DNA of 64,000 nt from Callorhinchus milii (taxonomy: Eukaryota), in assembly GCF_018977255.1 (NCBI RefSeq), contig NW_024704742.1:127474001-127538000 (forward strand), given 5' to 3'. A program made the position numbers and the translations under genes. Under the pieces are notes generated by a model. The model did no database searches. It was given only the letters and a program-made list of their open reading frames with translations, and was not told the DNA's origin. Shown piece by piece: positions 13,990 through 27,239 of this stretch; within the stretch, counting starts at the first letter, position 1, and each line of letters begins with the position of its first letter.

Positions 13990-15085
13990 TGATTTCTTAA
14001 CCACATTAAAGTTTATTGCTGAGAAGCGTGAAGTGATGCATTTTGGGAGGAAGAATGAGGAGAGGCAATATATAACAACTTGCATTTATATAGCGCCCTA
14101 CACGTAGGGTAGCGTCTCAGAGCGCTTCACAGTGGTGGAGTCTGATAAAGAGCCAGCGGGAGGGAGCGGGGAGTGACCTGAAGCATGATCAAAAAGGAAG
14201 ATGTTGAGGCGGGATTTGAAGGTGGGGAGGGAGGGAGCAAGGAGGAGGGATTGAAGGAAAGAGTTCCAGAGTTTGGGGGCATAGTGGCTGAGGGCACAGC
14301 CACTGATTGTCGAACGGAGGACAAGAGGGATAAATAGGAGGCTGGAGCCAGCTGAGTGGAGGCAGTGGGTGATGGAGTGGGGGGCGGGGTTCAGGAGCAG
14401 AGACCTGGGGGTTCACGTACACAAGCTTTGGCAGGATAGATTGATAGAACTGTTAAAAAAGCATATGCGATCCTTGGCTTTATAAATGGAAGCATAGAGT
14501 ACAAAAGCAAGGAAGTCCTGCTAAATGTTAATGAGTCACTGGTTAAGCCTCAGCTTAACTGATTGTGTCTAATTCTGGGCACCACACTTCAGGAAGTTGT
14601 AGAGAAGAATTACTAGAAAGGTACCAAGGATGGGGGACTTTAGCTATATGGAGATACTAGAGAAGCTGGGATTGTTCTTCTTAAGAGCAGAGAAAGTTAA
14701 GGGGAGATTTAATAGAGGTGTTCAAAATTATGAGGTGTTTGGATAGAGTAGATAGGGAGAAACTGTTTCCATTGGCAGGTGGGTCGGTAACCATGGGACA
14801 TAGATTTAAGATAATTGGGAAAAGAACCAGAGGGGAGATGAGAATTTTTTTAAAAAAAATTGTATTAAACACAGAGTTGTTACCATCTGGAATGCACTGC
14901 CTGAAAGGGTGTTGGAAACAAATTAAATCACAACTTTCAAAAGGGAATTGGATAGGTACTTGAAAAGGAAAAAATTGCAAGGATATGGGGAAAGAGTGGG
15001 GGAGTGGGACTGATTAGGTAGCTCTTCCAAAGACCTGGCACAGGTACGATGGACCGAATGGACTCCTTCTGTGCTGTAATATTCT
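13990..15085 (+). mobile_element. CR1 LINE 3' region interrupted by an antisense L2 3' fragment (~14074-14420)
   Basis: KCEVMHFG-like, LVKPQL, EKLGLF, RGDLIEVFKIM...LFP motifs; 3' GGACCGAATGGACTCCTTCTGTGCTG. The inserted piece has an L2 tail on the minus strand. Confidence 0.85.
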
Positions 15086-15432
15086 ACATCTAGAACAGCT
15101 TTGGTGATAGTTTCCACCTTTGTGCGCTCTAAAATGCTGAAAGCAAAAACATCTTCTTTGTCCTATCTTAGATATCACCAATACAAAGAGACTATTTATT
15201 GATTCAATAAGGTGTCAATAATGTCATCAGCAATAATTCCATAATAAAAGTTTGCCGAGTTTAACTAATCACTCCTCATAGTCCAATCCCACCATCCCTC
15301 AATCCTTTTAGTTGTCCACCTCTGGATCCTCTCAATTGCTGCAATATCCTTTTTATTTTATTAAATTTGAAACCTCCACTTACAGTAATTCGCACAAACT
15401 GCTGAAGTTTATTTTTTAACACAAGACTGTTT

Positions 15433-15686
15433 TGCCAGGGCGAAACCGTGGGCAAGTTTCCTTACTCCATACGCCTGATAATAAACCCTCAAGAAAAAAA
15501 ACAATGATAAAGTGGTCACTTCAGTCTGTGACTGTTTGTGGGACACGGCTGTGCGCGGTTGGCTGCCGCATTTTGCCCACAGGTACGCAGTCGATTCACT
15601 TTGCAGTGTATTCTGTGAAACGCTTTGAGACGTCTAGAAGATGTGAAAAGTGCTATATCAAATGCAAGGATTATTATTATTATTTT
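15433..15686 (+). mobile_element. tRNA-derived SINE, 5'-truncated
   Basis: Body and tail match the family; (TTA)n end. Confidence 0.85.
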
Positions 15687-15689
15687 ATA

Positions 15690-16115
15690 CTGTGATGACC
15701 AGAACTGCACACAGAATTCCAAGTGCAGTCGCACTAATGATTTATAAAGTGGCAGGATTACCCCACTATTACAGCTCAATAATGCCCTTTTAATACGACC
15801 CAGCATCTTTTTTGCCTCACTCACTGCTAACGAGCACTGTTGTGATAGCTTCCTTTTCATTTTCTGTACAGATTGATAAATCACTTATATTCGATGCAAT
15901 TTTTTCTTGTATGTATTCACCAACAACCTGCATGATATCATTTTGGAATGTTTTGGACGTGTAAGTTGTGTTCTTAGCGCATGCATCCTGAAGTTCGAGT
16001 CACACTCTGCTTGAAAATTAATTCATAAGAACATAAGAAATGCTAGACGAAAGAAGACCAAGTTCCATCTAGTTCGCCTTCCACCTTCCTGGCGGTTGCA
16101 TATGTCCCAAATTAC
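15690..16115 (-). mobile_element. CR1 LINE fragments
   Basis: ORF 15516-15884 encodes MLGRIKR...LPLYKSLVRLHLEFCVQFWS (CR1 ORF2). The CR1-type 3' end at ~16025-16110 is also present at ~50675-50770. Confidence 0.75.
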
Positions 16116-16116
16116 C

Positions 16117-16437
16117 TATAATAATAATCCTTGCATTTGATATAGCGCTTTTCACGTCGGGAGGACGTCCCAAAGTGCTTCACAGAACACACTGTAAAGT
16201 GAATTGACTGTATATTAGTGGGCGAACGCGGCAGCCAATTGCGCACAGCAATGTCCCACAAACAGTCGTAGATTGGAGATGACCAATTTTATTATTGTTT
16301 TTGGTTTTGGAGGGATTATTATTAGGCTCTGTGTGGAGTAAGGAAACTTGCCCAAGGTTTCGCCTTCTGCCTGGAATTGAACTCAGGTCTCTCACTTGCA
16401 AAGCGAGTGCTCTAACCACTGAGCTGCAGGACTCCAC
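16117..16437 (-). mobile_element. tRNA-derived SINE, full length
   Basis: Pol III A-box (AGCTCAGTGG) and B-box (GTTCAATTCC), central core, stem-loop tail, (TTA)n. Confidence 0.92.
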
Positions 16438-17573
16438 AGCGTGAACATGCACAATTTATTTAGTCATTCCTCATAGTCCAGTCCTTCCATTCCCTCAATC
16501 ATTTTGGTTGCCCTCCTTGATTTCTCCAATATCCTTTTGGTACTGTGGCAACCAGATGTGTACATAATACTCTAATAACCCCTCCAAAAACAATATAAAT
16601 TGATCATTTTCAGTCTACGACTGTTTGTGGGACATTGCTGTGTGCAATTATTATTATAATAAAATAATTCTTCATACAGCGCTTTTTCATGTCTTCTAGA
16701 CGTGAAAAAGCACTTCACAGAATAGATTGTAAAGTGAATTGACTGTATATTTGTGGGAGATATTTGTACTCTAAGTATGGTCTCACCAGTGATTTATATC
16801 AACAATTCAACAAAAACATTCCAAAGTCATTCACTGTGATGCATATGCATAACCTGATGCAAGTTTGTATTGATGCAAGCATGTTTGTGAAGAAATGTAG
16901 CTGGAAGATAATATTCCTGCAATCTGCACATTCCTACTTTTGCACTGCATATGAAGATTTCTGTGTTACAAAACGTCAAAATCGTCATTCCCTGCCTGCT
17001 GTTGAAGCTTCCTGTGCATAGTTTGCAATAAATAATGTTGGCAGTGACCTCATGAAGCAAAACATGACCAGTTATTTTAGTGCATGGGAAAATGGCCGGT
17101 CAACTCATTGAAAACAAACAAGGGGCACCACAAGGCGCCTGCATTATGAGCAAATCATTATGAGCATTATCATGTTATGCCTTACAACAGTTCTTCAATC
17201 CCTCAGCACTCCTGGAACAAGTACAAAATGTATTGGGCTTTATTGTGATGCCCTCCAGAATATAACAGTTTGCCAGGGCTCACTATTTAAGCTTATACAT
17301 GACTTTGTCATTTGAGTGACTAACTTGAGACCTTCTGGGCTCGATGGAACTGTACTCTATCATCTTCAGGAGAGGCAAAGGAGGAAAAAACTGAGTGAAA
17401 AAAATAAATTAAGACCAATACAGAATTAAAGTGAAATTATTTCAAATTTTAGATTTACATACAACTTTATTTTACTATCATGATTCAATGGTCCTATAAC
17501 ATCTTAAGTATTTGATTTGAAACTACTTAAAGAATGCCCAACGTAAAAAATTGTGTGATATAATTTTCCTTAC

Positions 17574-17766
17574 CAGTGTAACATTGAGATCTGACCATGA
17601 GATGTTTTGTGCTACAGTCAAGGGCTGAATGAGAACCTGAGGAAAACGTGGATTGGAGTGTCCTGTTGCTGCCAGATACAAAGTCAGTAGAGTATTGAAA
17701 GGCAATGTGAAAATTGGCAGATCCATTCCTTCCATCATGGAGGCATATGCACTTGAAAGGATAGTA
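17574..17766 (-). CDS. Urea transporter coding exon 5 (TILSSAY...DLPIFTLPFN...QNISWSDLNVTL)
   Basis: First LP box LPxFTLPF; 193 nt; ttttacag / CTG|GTAAG. Confidence 0.97.
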
Positions 17767-20700
17767 CTGTAAAACAAATTGTTTTCATTGTGGATTTAAT
17801 GGAATTATCACTTTTGTTCTCTGTTAACAGAGTAGAACGCTTTGATTTTTGTTAATCTTACTACCTTCCTCATTTCTTAATGGTGTGGAATAGTTTGGGC
17901 TTAGTGTTCCACAGGTGCAAGTACCTTGCTCTGATGGGCATTCTTAATATGCATCCCTTGACAGCAAGTGTTGGCTTGACAATGGGACACATTCTCTTCG
18001 AGTTCTCACCTGACATCCATGCACGTGATTTCCAGCTGGAATCCCTTTCCTAGCTCAGGAAAATTGAGATTGTAGCATTCTAACTGGTGCCTCAGCTAAC
18101 TTAGTACCCATAGGCATGTGAACCTGAAACCCTGTGGCCTGATTCATAGACAGTGTGTTTTATTCACTGAAGTTTAGCTTTATTACTCGATTACTTTATT
18201 ACTTGGCTCATCGCATCTGTGCTGGCTCTTTTAAGAGCCAATGAAGGAAGAATTCATTATAAATGAACCAGAGTTAATATCAAACTTACAGCAGACTTGT
18301 AACGTAGATAAACTGAGTATTTTTCATTATTCATCCAAATTATTCATTATTCATTTAAATTACCACAAGAATAAATATTGGTGAGGAGAACCACTTTAGA
18401 CATGTTGAAAGCTAGTGATAGGCTGAATTTAGGCATCAGAATCTCTCAACAAAACATAGAAAAAAAAACTTTCCGTATGTGGCTTTCAATATTTAAACTG
18501 GCAAGAAGGTTTGCATTATGTAAGCTGTTTTAAAATCATGAGCTGAATTGGTAGCTCTCTTGCCTCTGTATCAGAAGGTTGTAGCTTTAAGCCCCAAGTT
18601 GAGACTTTAAGTTCAGTCTGGGGTGATTTTCCAATGCTTTGCTGGGGGAGCATGTTTGTTGGAGGTGCTGTCCTTCAGATGAGACATTAAACTGATGTCC
18701 CTCTGCTTGCTCTGCTTGTTTGTTAAAGATCCTAAGACGTTATTTGAAAAGAGAAGGGATTTTCTCCATGTGTTCTGGCCAACCATACCCCAGAAAAAAA
18801 TGGTCATTCACTTTAAGGCTGTTTCTGGGGCATTACTGTGAGCAAATTGGCTGCCATGTTTTCTACAAAGTGCATAGTCGCTACACTTTGCAGTAAATCT
18901 AATGAAGCATTTTGACATGTCCTCCAACGCCACTGAGCCAGTGCAGGCAAAATCCTCATCCACACTTTCAGTCCTTTGAGACTAGATTTCTCAAATGCTT
19001 TTCTTGCTGGCCTCCCTACTTCCAACCTTCCTAAACACCAGCCCATATCCTCTTCCAAACTGGACTCTCAGGGTTCATCACATACATCCTCACCAGGTTC
19101 CATTGACCTCCTGTTAACCAGCAAAATCAATTACAAAATCCTTGTCCTCAGCTTCAAATTTGTCTGGTTCTTGCTCACCCTAGCTCTGCAATCTCTTCCA
19201 GCCCTATTCTCATACTTCCACCTCTCTGCTCTTCAATTTTCGATTGATGCATGTTCCTAGGCCTCTCCATCCTCCTATTGGCCGTAAAACTATTTTTAAC
19301 CACCATGCTCATGCTCTTTGGAACGTTCTCCCAAAGTTCCTTTACCTACCATTCCTCAATTCCAAAACATGTGATAGCTTCAATTGACATGTTTTTAAAA
19401 GTTAGAAATCTCAGGTTCTCTAGGATGTCTAGTAAAGATTGGGGGAATCATTAAGTAACAACAGAGATGAAAGGACTGGTTGTAAAACAAAAGCTTTTAC
19501 TACCAACAAGCAGGTCATGAAGACTTTGGGTGCTGATGCTTGGACATATTGAGTGTTTGTGCTGGCAGTCTGTTTACATGACAATGGACCAGAGAAGCAA
19601 CATGGAATTAAAATGTAAATGGCAAGGCAAGATTAAATAGTTAAAATGCTATTTTGAAAAAGCATTAAGGAAAGGAAGGCAATTAGAATCAGAAAATAGC
19701 TAAAATTAGTTTTTTAAAAAAAGTTCAAGGCAGTCCAGGACATGAAGCAATAAATGAAAGGAAAATTGCAGGAACTGAGAAAAACTTATAGGCACATGGT
19801 CATTATAAACCAAAGAGGGATCCCTTCAGCGCGACAATACACTGACACAATGTGTCAAGCATCCTTCTTCTAAACTGTACATTTCTATGGTTCTATGGTT
19901 CAAATTAAGTGAAGATACGATCTTCTCTTTTCAATAGTTTGAGAAGTAAGGAAACTTAATTCATGGAACACAAAGGTTAGTCATGGAAAACGTTTTTTTT
20001 TTAAATTCAATATTTGAAAACCAACAGGATCCGATGGAATGCATCCAAAAATATTTTAAGGAAGTTAAGAGAAATCAGGAAGCTGTGTGAAATCTTTTGT
20101 GGCTCATTAAATGCAAGAACAATACAATACAAAATTAGGGAAGTCGCAAGGAACAACACCAGAAGATTAAATATTTTCTAATCTTGTTCCACCAAATGTT
20201 AATTGCATGATCTTGCAAATTATAGACCAGCTATTTTTATGCTATTAGCAAGAAAAACACTGGATTCCATTCTAAGTTCAAGCACAATTAATAAGAGTAA
20301 AAACAATTTCCGAGCCAACACTTGGATTATGAAAGGTAGATCATGCCTAATAAATGCATTGCCAAGAGACTCATTCTTCTAGAAGATCCAAACAAATAGT
20401 AACACTGTATTCCCAAAATATGCAGTGGACAGCATACCAAAATATTTAATATATCATTCAAAATGTTCTATAGCTACAAGATTAGATGATAAATTATGAT
20501 TTTCCAGAATCCATCTATGTAGTCTGTAATCTCACTTCAACATTCCAGGCAAAGAGGATTGGGCAGGTGAGAAAGTCAGGTACTAATCTTAGCACTGTGG
20601 TTACAGAATGGAAATAAGCCATTTGGCTCAACTAGTCCTAGAAGTTGGAACTTCTTTTGACTTCAAATGTAAGAATAATTAGGAAGAGTATTTTGAAACA

Positions 20701-20810
20701 TAGGTGTTACGTAACATATTTCTTCCTGATGTTAGTGTGTTCTGCACTAGGGCCAGCCCTTTACTTTGGTTCTTAATCACAAAATTGTAAAATCAGTTTG
20801 CTCAACATAC

Positions 20811-20939
20811 CTTGCAATCGACACAATAAACACAGGTAACAACAGCCACCAATACCAGTCTCCTTTAGCAGAAAACACGACAATCAAAAGACCAAGTAGG
20901 GTGCCATTATACCCATGGAGCCCTTCTGAAATTGCAGCC
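20811..20939 (-). CDS. Urea transporter coding exon 4 ([16 protein letters not shown]...[18 protein letters not shown])
   Basis: UT motifs GLxGYN and [10 protein letters not shown]; 129 nt, phase 2-2; tttcag / AG|GTATG. Not in the ORF track. Confidence 0.97.
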
Positions 20940-21187
20940 CTGAAAGAAAGTAAGGGCGTAGATTATTAACATTGCTTGTTTATGGTATGATAGCACACCA
21001 AAATGTTTCAAAAAGCTGAACAAGTCATCACAATCAAGTGTTGTGACTTTTTAAGATGGAAACTTGACAGCTATTTTCACTGGATGGGTTACCAATTTGA
21101 AGAATTGTAGTCCAGGAAACCAAGATTTGCTCTCTTCTCTTTTGAAGTAATATCATGGCATTATAATGTCCTCCTAAACAGACTGGG

Positions 21188-21510
21188 ATAATAATAATAA
21201 TAATCCTTGCATTTGATATAGCGCTTTTCACGTCGGGAGGACGTCCCAAAGCGCTTCACAGAACACACTGTAAAGTGAATTGACTGTATATTTGTGGGCG
21301 AACGCAGCAGCCAATTGTGCACAGCAATGTCCCACAAACAGTCGTAGATTGAAAATGACCAATTTATTATTGTTTTTTGTTTTTGGAGGGATTATTATTA
21401 GGCGTGTGGAGTAAGGACACTTGCCCAACGTTTCGCCCTCTGCCTGGAATTGAACTCAGGTCTCTTGCTTGCAAAGCGAGTGCTCTAACCACTGAGCTAC
21501 AGGACTCCAC
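21188..21510 (-). mobile_element. tRNA-derived SINE, full length
   Basis: Near-identical to the 51329-51650 copy. Confidence 0.92.
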
Positions 21511-22394
21511 TTGATCTTGATTTAACATCTAATTTAATAAAGGAATGCACCTCACACAACGCAGTCTTATCCTTGTATTGCACTGGAGTATCAGCCTAAA
21601 CTATGAACTCAAGTCCTGATCTGGGTGGGGGTTCAATTCACAGATTTTGTCTAATTAAGCCCAACCAAGGACATCTATGTTTAACAAAGACACTTAAATG
21701 ATACTTTGTGTTTGCTTTTTCTTTCAGGTGGGGAGTGGGTAGTTTCATCGAATGAAAACAACAGGATGAATGAAAGGGAAAGAGTGAAAACATGCCCTTC
21801 ATGCTCCACAGCATCATCCTGACATTGGTGTGATCCCAGTGGGTCAGCACATTTGAGCTCAACATGCTGTTATAGAGGAAGTCTGGCCTTGCAAATAGTA
21901 TAATCCAGTTCAAAACACAGAAATCCCGTTAATAATTGCAGTACTGAAAAGTTATGGAGAAGTCTTGAATAAGATCATTCTGCACTTTTAATTAATTTTC
22001 CACAAAATTACCCAATATGCTGAGACAAAATTTTTTCAGAGTTTTTTCAGGTACAAAACAGTGGGGATGATTTTCCAATGATCAGAAAATTTATTGATTT
22101 TAGCATGCAAAGACATCTCATTCTCAAATGGTTGGTAAATTTACTGATTATGGCAGCATACATTTGTGATGCACAAATCTACTACAGACCCTTCATTAAG
22201 AATTATAGAACAATAAAAATAATTAATTCCATCAAGTTCACTCTATTCACAATCTTAAAAGAATCTACATGTCTTTTATTCTTCCAATTAAAAAATCTCC
22301 ATTAACAGTCTTTGATGACTCCCAAATATCTCTATTTAAATCCAGCCTGCTACACGCCACATGCAGGGTCTCTCCCTGTTTTCCATATATATCA

Positions 22395-22830
22395 ATGACC
22401 TTGACTTGGATCTAAGGGGTACAATATCAAAGTTTACAACCTAATTTGATTCCAAGCTAGAGAGTATAGTGATTAGCAACTGCGTCCAGTTTTGGTCATC
22501 TCACTTCAGGAAAGATGTTAAGGCCTTGGAAAGGGTTCAAAGGAGATGTACGAGAATAATTCTGGGATGAAGGACTACAGATATGACGAGAGATTGGAGA
22601 AGCTGAGGCTGTTTTCATTGGAGTAGAGAAGGTTTAGGGAAGACCTGATAGAGGTGTACAAAATTATGAGGGGTTTTGACGGGTAAACAGGGAGAATTTA
22701 TTTCCATTGATAGGGAGTCAGTGACTAGGGGACAGAGTTATAAGACAGCCACAAGAACAGCAAAAGAAGAATGTAGGAGTTTTTTTTTTTAAATCCAGAG
22801 TTGTTGGGATGTGGGCACCTGGGCAGTGGT
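22395..22830 (+). mobile_element. CR1 LINE fragment
   Basis: CVQFWS, LERVQRR, RLEKLxLFSLE, GDLIEVYKIM motifs. Confidence 0.8.
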
Positions 22831-23126
22831 TTATGGCATCTCAATGTCATGATAAAGCACTATATAAAATGCAAGGATTATTATTATTATAAGAAACTAC
22901 ATACAGGAAATAAAAATATGAAACGCATATACTCCATGATGGAATAGAACTTGCCAAGGAGAATGCTGAATGAATTCTAGGAGTGATAATTGATTCACCA
23001 CTCAAAGGCGAATGCTCTGACCACTAAGCTACGGGACTCCACCATGAAAACTAATGAGAACAAGTTTACTCTTTTCCTCAGATCTTAGAACTCTACATCC
23101 TATGCAGATTACTGGAGCGTACTTAC

Positions 23127-23316
23127 CTATTTTGACTTAGAATAAGTGCTGTTAACGTTGTAGTCACTGTCCCCACCAAGCCATTCAGTGCCAACCATGG
23201 ATTCTGATAAATCAGCCCAGCAAAAATAATAATTCCACTTAACGGATTATTGACAAACATCACCTGAGCAGCTCCTCGCAAAATCCAGGCAATAAATTGA
23301 ATGCCAATGTTTTGGT
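23127..23316 (-). CDS. Urea transporter coding exon 3 ([28 protein letters not shown]...LILSQNR)
   Basis: UT signature WxLRGxxQVxFVNNPxSG; 190 nt; tttacag acceptor and AG|GTAAGT donor. Confidence 0.97.
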
Positions 23317-25439
23317 CTGTAAAGTTTTCAGAAGGGAAAATAATTAGTAGACTATCCTTTATGTATGTTTCACAGGCAATGACTTTGATACCTCTAATAT
23401 TTGCCTTGTGCATGGTTCCTTTGATTGATCAGTTGGTAAAAGCATTATCTACTGAGCAATTTAAACCCAGTTGGTTCCAGATTTGATTCACTAAATAAGC
23501 TCAGTTATCTGAATTCAACTAGGACATCCAAATTGGCAATCAAATTGTTCTTATTGTATCTGGGATACGCATGAAACATCAGGCATAGACTGATGTATCA
23601 AAGACAATAAGAATTTCACACACCTGAGGCCAAACAACATCATGGACTTAGAGTTAAGACCATTATAACATTTTAAAATTTAGTATTGTACATTTAGAAA
23701 ATTCTTAGAATTGTCTTAGTTTTGAACTCATTTTTCAAAAGAGCTTCAAAATTAATCTTAAATCTACAAGTTTTCCAATCTTCTAACAATCATATTTTTA
23801 AGATGAGGCTAAGACCATGAGATATTAATGGCCTCTAATTACTATCCAGTGTTCCAGTAAACTTTGGACCAACATGGTGCTGGAACCCAAAACCTTCCAA
23901 CTCAAGTGAACAGAACACTGTCAAAGTTATTTAACAATTATAAAAGACCTAAACTGGGACAATGAGGCACCTAGAGAATGAAAGGAGGATGTAGAATGTA
24001 CATATTTATGAATGAAAGAAAGCAAATTAAATTAGAATGTCAAAAAGAAGATATATGGCCCAAATCAATTGGATGAAGCATCATCAGATGATTATTACTG
24101 AATTAGAAGTGGAAATAATTATAAGACATCCAAGTTTCCCCTGGACTTGGAAGGAACCTGTGGAGTAGAAGTTGTGGGCTATTGTTAATTTGAGGCATAG
24201 TGACCTCACTGTATTCCACTTGAATCAAAACCAGCTCTATGAAGTCTGACAGCTCCCTTGCATAATCCATTGGCAGGCACAGCCAATGTATGCTCTGTTA
24301 TTTTCCTGGAAGCTCCTTCTGTTGAGGATTCTTCAAGGTGACTTTTGGGTTGGGATCGAGTGGCCGATTACGGTGCCATTGGCAGGCCATGTGCCTTCTT
24401 TCCCTATCAACCTCTGCAGGAACAGTTACTTTTACTTCATAGTCTAGGCTGATACTCCAGTGCATTGCTGGGAGAACGCTGCATTGGTGGAGGTGCTGTG
24501 CTTTGAATGAGATGTTAATAATATAATAATAATCCTTGTATTTGATGTAATGCCTTATCAGGTTGTACAGACGTCTCAAAGCACTTCACAAAATATACTG
24601 TAAAGTGGAGTGACTGTGTACTTTGTGGGCGAAATCTTTTTGATAAATCGAATTTCCACGTTCCTATTCAGGTGGATGAAGGATCCCACAGCACTACTCG
24701 AATAGAGAAAGGAGTTTCTCCTTGTGTCCTGGCAAACAATCCCGCAGACAAAATTGCTCATTCATATCATGGTTGTTCATTGAACATTGCGCTGAACCCA
24801 AAATTGGCTACCGCATCCTCTTACAAATAAATATACACAGTCACTACCCTTTATAGTAAATCCTGTGAAAGCTGTGAAAAGGTCTGATGATGTTATGTCA
24901 CTATATTAAATGCAAGAATTATTACTACCTCAAACAATGTAGCACTTGCCCAACACTTTATTGGACTGTCAGCCTGGTCTGTGAATTCAAAGTACCAATG
25001 TGGGGTTTGAACCCACAGCCTGAGGCAAGAGTGCTACCAACTGAACCAGACCGACACATACAAGGTGTATACATCTCACTAACCGTTCCAGAAAGACCTA
25101 TAGCTCATCCTTTAAATTTCACTCCAAATAATTGTGTACCTTCTTTCTGACACTTTCTCCCACTAGAGAGAAATGTAGCATTCCACACTTTCTTCATAGA
25201 ATCATATTTTCTACATGCCTAGGTTCTAGAATACTTTATAGCTCAATTTCAATTTGCTCAATTTATTTTCAAGTCATTCAATGCTGTCTTCTTCAAACTT
25301 GCATTTGAATTTTTAACCCAGTTAAGGTGGATACCTTTATGACGTCTGCCAATTACTTGTGGAAAGTGAAAATCATCAGAAGAGTATATGCAACCAGTAA
25401 CCTTGGCCATCATTTATCTGATTGGCAGTCACAATATCC

Positions 25440-25860
25440 AACAACAACAACAATTTGGACTTATATAGCGCCCTCCACCCAGGGTAGCATCTCAAAGCAC
25501 TTCACAGTGGCAGAGTCTGACTCCGAGCTGTGGGGCGGGGGGGATGAAAAGGAAGGTTTTCATGAGGACTTGAAAAAGGGGAGAGAGGGGGCAAGGCGGC
25601 AGGATTGAGGGAGAGTGTTCCACAGTTTTGGGGCATAGTGACTTAAAGCTCGACCTCCAATGGTGGAGCGGAGGGTGCAAGGGAGGAGCAGGAGGCTGGT
25701 GCCAGTCGAATGGAGGCACCAAGTGGTGGATTGGGGAGTGAGAAGGTCAGAGAGGTAGGGAGGTACCAGGGAGTGAATGGATTTGAACACAAACGCGAGG
25801 ATCTTGAAACCGATCCGTTCGGTGATGGGGAGCCAGAACTGGTGAGATGGGGGCTTCATA
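25440..25860 (-). mobile_element. L2 LINE 3' fragment
   Basis: WLPITERIGFKIL...PPYLSDLL...GGRALSHYAPKLWN; (TTG)n tail. Confidence 0.85.
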
Positions 25861-26787
25861 GGAGAACATCCCTATCGGGGGGTGGGGTTCATATCCATTT
25901 GTATGTTTCAAGTCTGGGTGGTATATTAACACATCAGTAGAAATTCCATCAGGGTCTAGATTTATTCTATTAACATAATTTCAGAGTTTGCGAAATTTGG
26001 GAAATTACTTTGAACACCCACTCAACCTTACAGCTAAAAAGGTTCTTAACACAATACGTGCATGCCCAGCAGAACTATGCCAGCACATGTACAAGGAACA
26101 GAACAGGAACTCAAGCTCCGAAAAGGGTAAATAAACAGTTTTGGTTTAATTATTTTACACACAGAATAGAGATGAATATGTGGAATTATCTACCTCTGAA
26201 GTTGGTGGAGTTAAGAATGTGTCAGTAAATTCAAGATGGAATTAGACAGTTATTTGGCAACGACATCAATAGAAATATAGGAGATTTAGTACGGTAGAAT
26301 TATACATTAACACTTTGGTTTGCCATTGTGGATTGCAATGCTCTTACACAGCACGCCCTTCCCGAACTGCAAAGGAGCCCTTCAATAGATATACAATTTT
26401 CCAAGGCTCTTACATTGAACTGCAAAGTCATTTGAAAAAGCGCACTTCTCATTTTGCGAGATGACTGGACAACCTGTGCTATTCCACCGAAAAATATGAT
26501 AGGTATAAGTAACCACGATTAGCTCCAGCAAAACTTATTTTGCTAGCTGTTATTTCACGCACTTTAAGCACTGCATGTGCTGATCAAGCTCTTGACTTGC
26601 AAAAGGAGTCTTGATTGGTTTGGTTTGGAAGAACAGATAACTTTTGCCGTTTTTTTTTGGGGGTGGGGGTGGGCACACGTTACGAACTCGCCGGCGCCTC
26701 TGACACAAAAGGTTTCTTTATCGCCCCTTTCTCTCTTTCGCCTCAGTTTCCCTCAAGGGAAGAAACTTGGTGGATTTTTTTTCTTAC

Positions 26788-26935
26788 CTGTCAGCCAATT
26801 GCCGATTATGGTCGTGTAGTCAAAGTAGCTGTGGATGGCAGAGAAGCGGGTTTTCCGGCAGTCGCGCCGTGTGACGGCCGCGTGCTGTCCGAAACACACG
26901 GCGACGTGTTCGGTTGTGTAGGATTGGATCGCTTG
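26788..26935 (-). CDS. Urea transporter coding exon 2 (QAIQSY...YFDYTTIIGNWLT)
   Basis: (CT)n polypyrimidine tract + CAG acceptor; open 148 nt; CAG|GTAAG donor in phase 1 completes G|AC = Asp of the conserved 'WLxDQ' junction. Confidence 0.85.
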
Positions 26936-26937
26936 CT

Positions 26938-26968
26938 GAGAGAGAGAGAGAGAGAGAGAAAAAAAAAG
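26938..26968 (+). repeat. (GA)n microsatellite + A-run forming the UT exon 2 polypyrimidine tract
   Basis: Direct reading. Confidence 0.9.
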
Positions 26969-27215
26969 TTGCAATTCAGAAGTTTAGTTGAGATTTGCTG
27001 AAAGGTCTCGAAGACAAGATACCCGGTGGGCACAGACCTCGACCCCTTTATTGCGCTCTTTCAACCTATCGTTGCAGGAAAACCACCTCACACACCCGCG
27101 ACCCCTCTCTCTCGGAGCGCACAGCGGGAACCGGGAGGACGTGACCTTTCTTCGTTTCACACGGAAAAAGGAATATTTGATGAGGGTCATGTTGTCTGGA
27201 TGTTTGAATTCTTAC

Positions 27216-27239
27216 TTGCGGGTGTTTTAATATCCCCAT
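27216..27239 (-). CDS. Urea transporter (SLC14A family), putative coding exon 1 (MGILKHPQ)
   Basis: ATG at 27239 with an in-frame TAA ~65 nt upstream. 24 nt ends at a CAA|GTAAG donor, phase 0, matching the phase-0 start of the next exon, which has no ATG. No homology support for these 8 aa. Confidence 0.65.
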
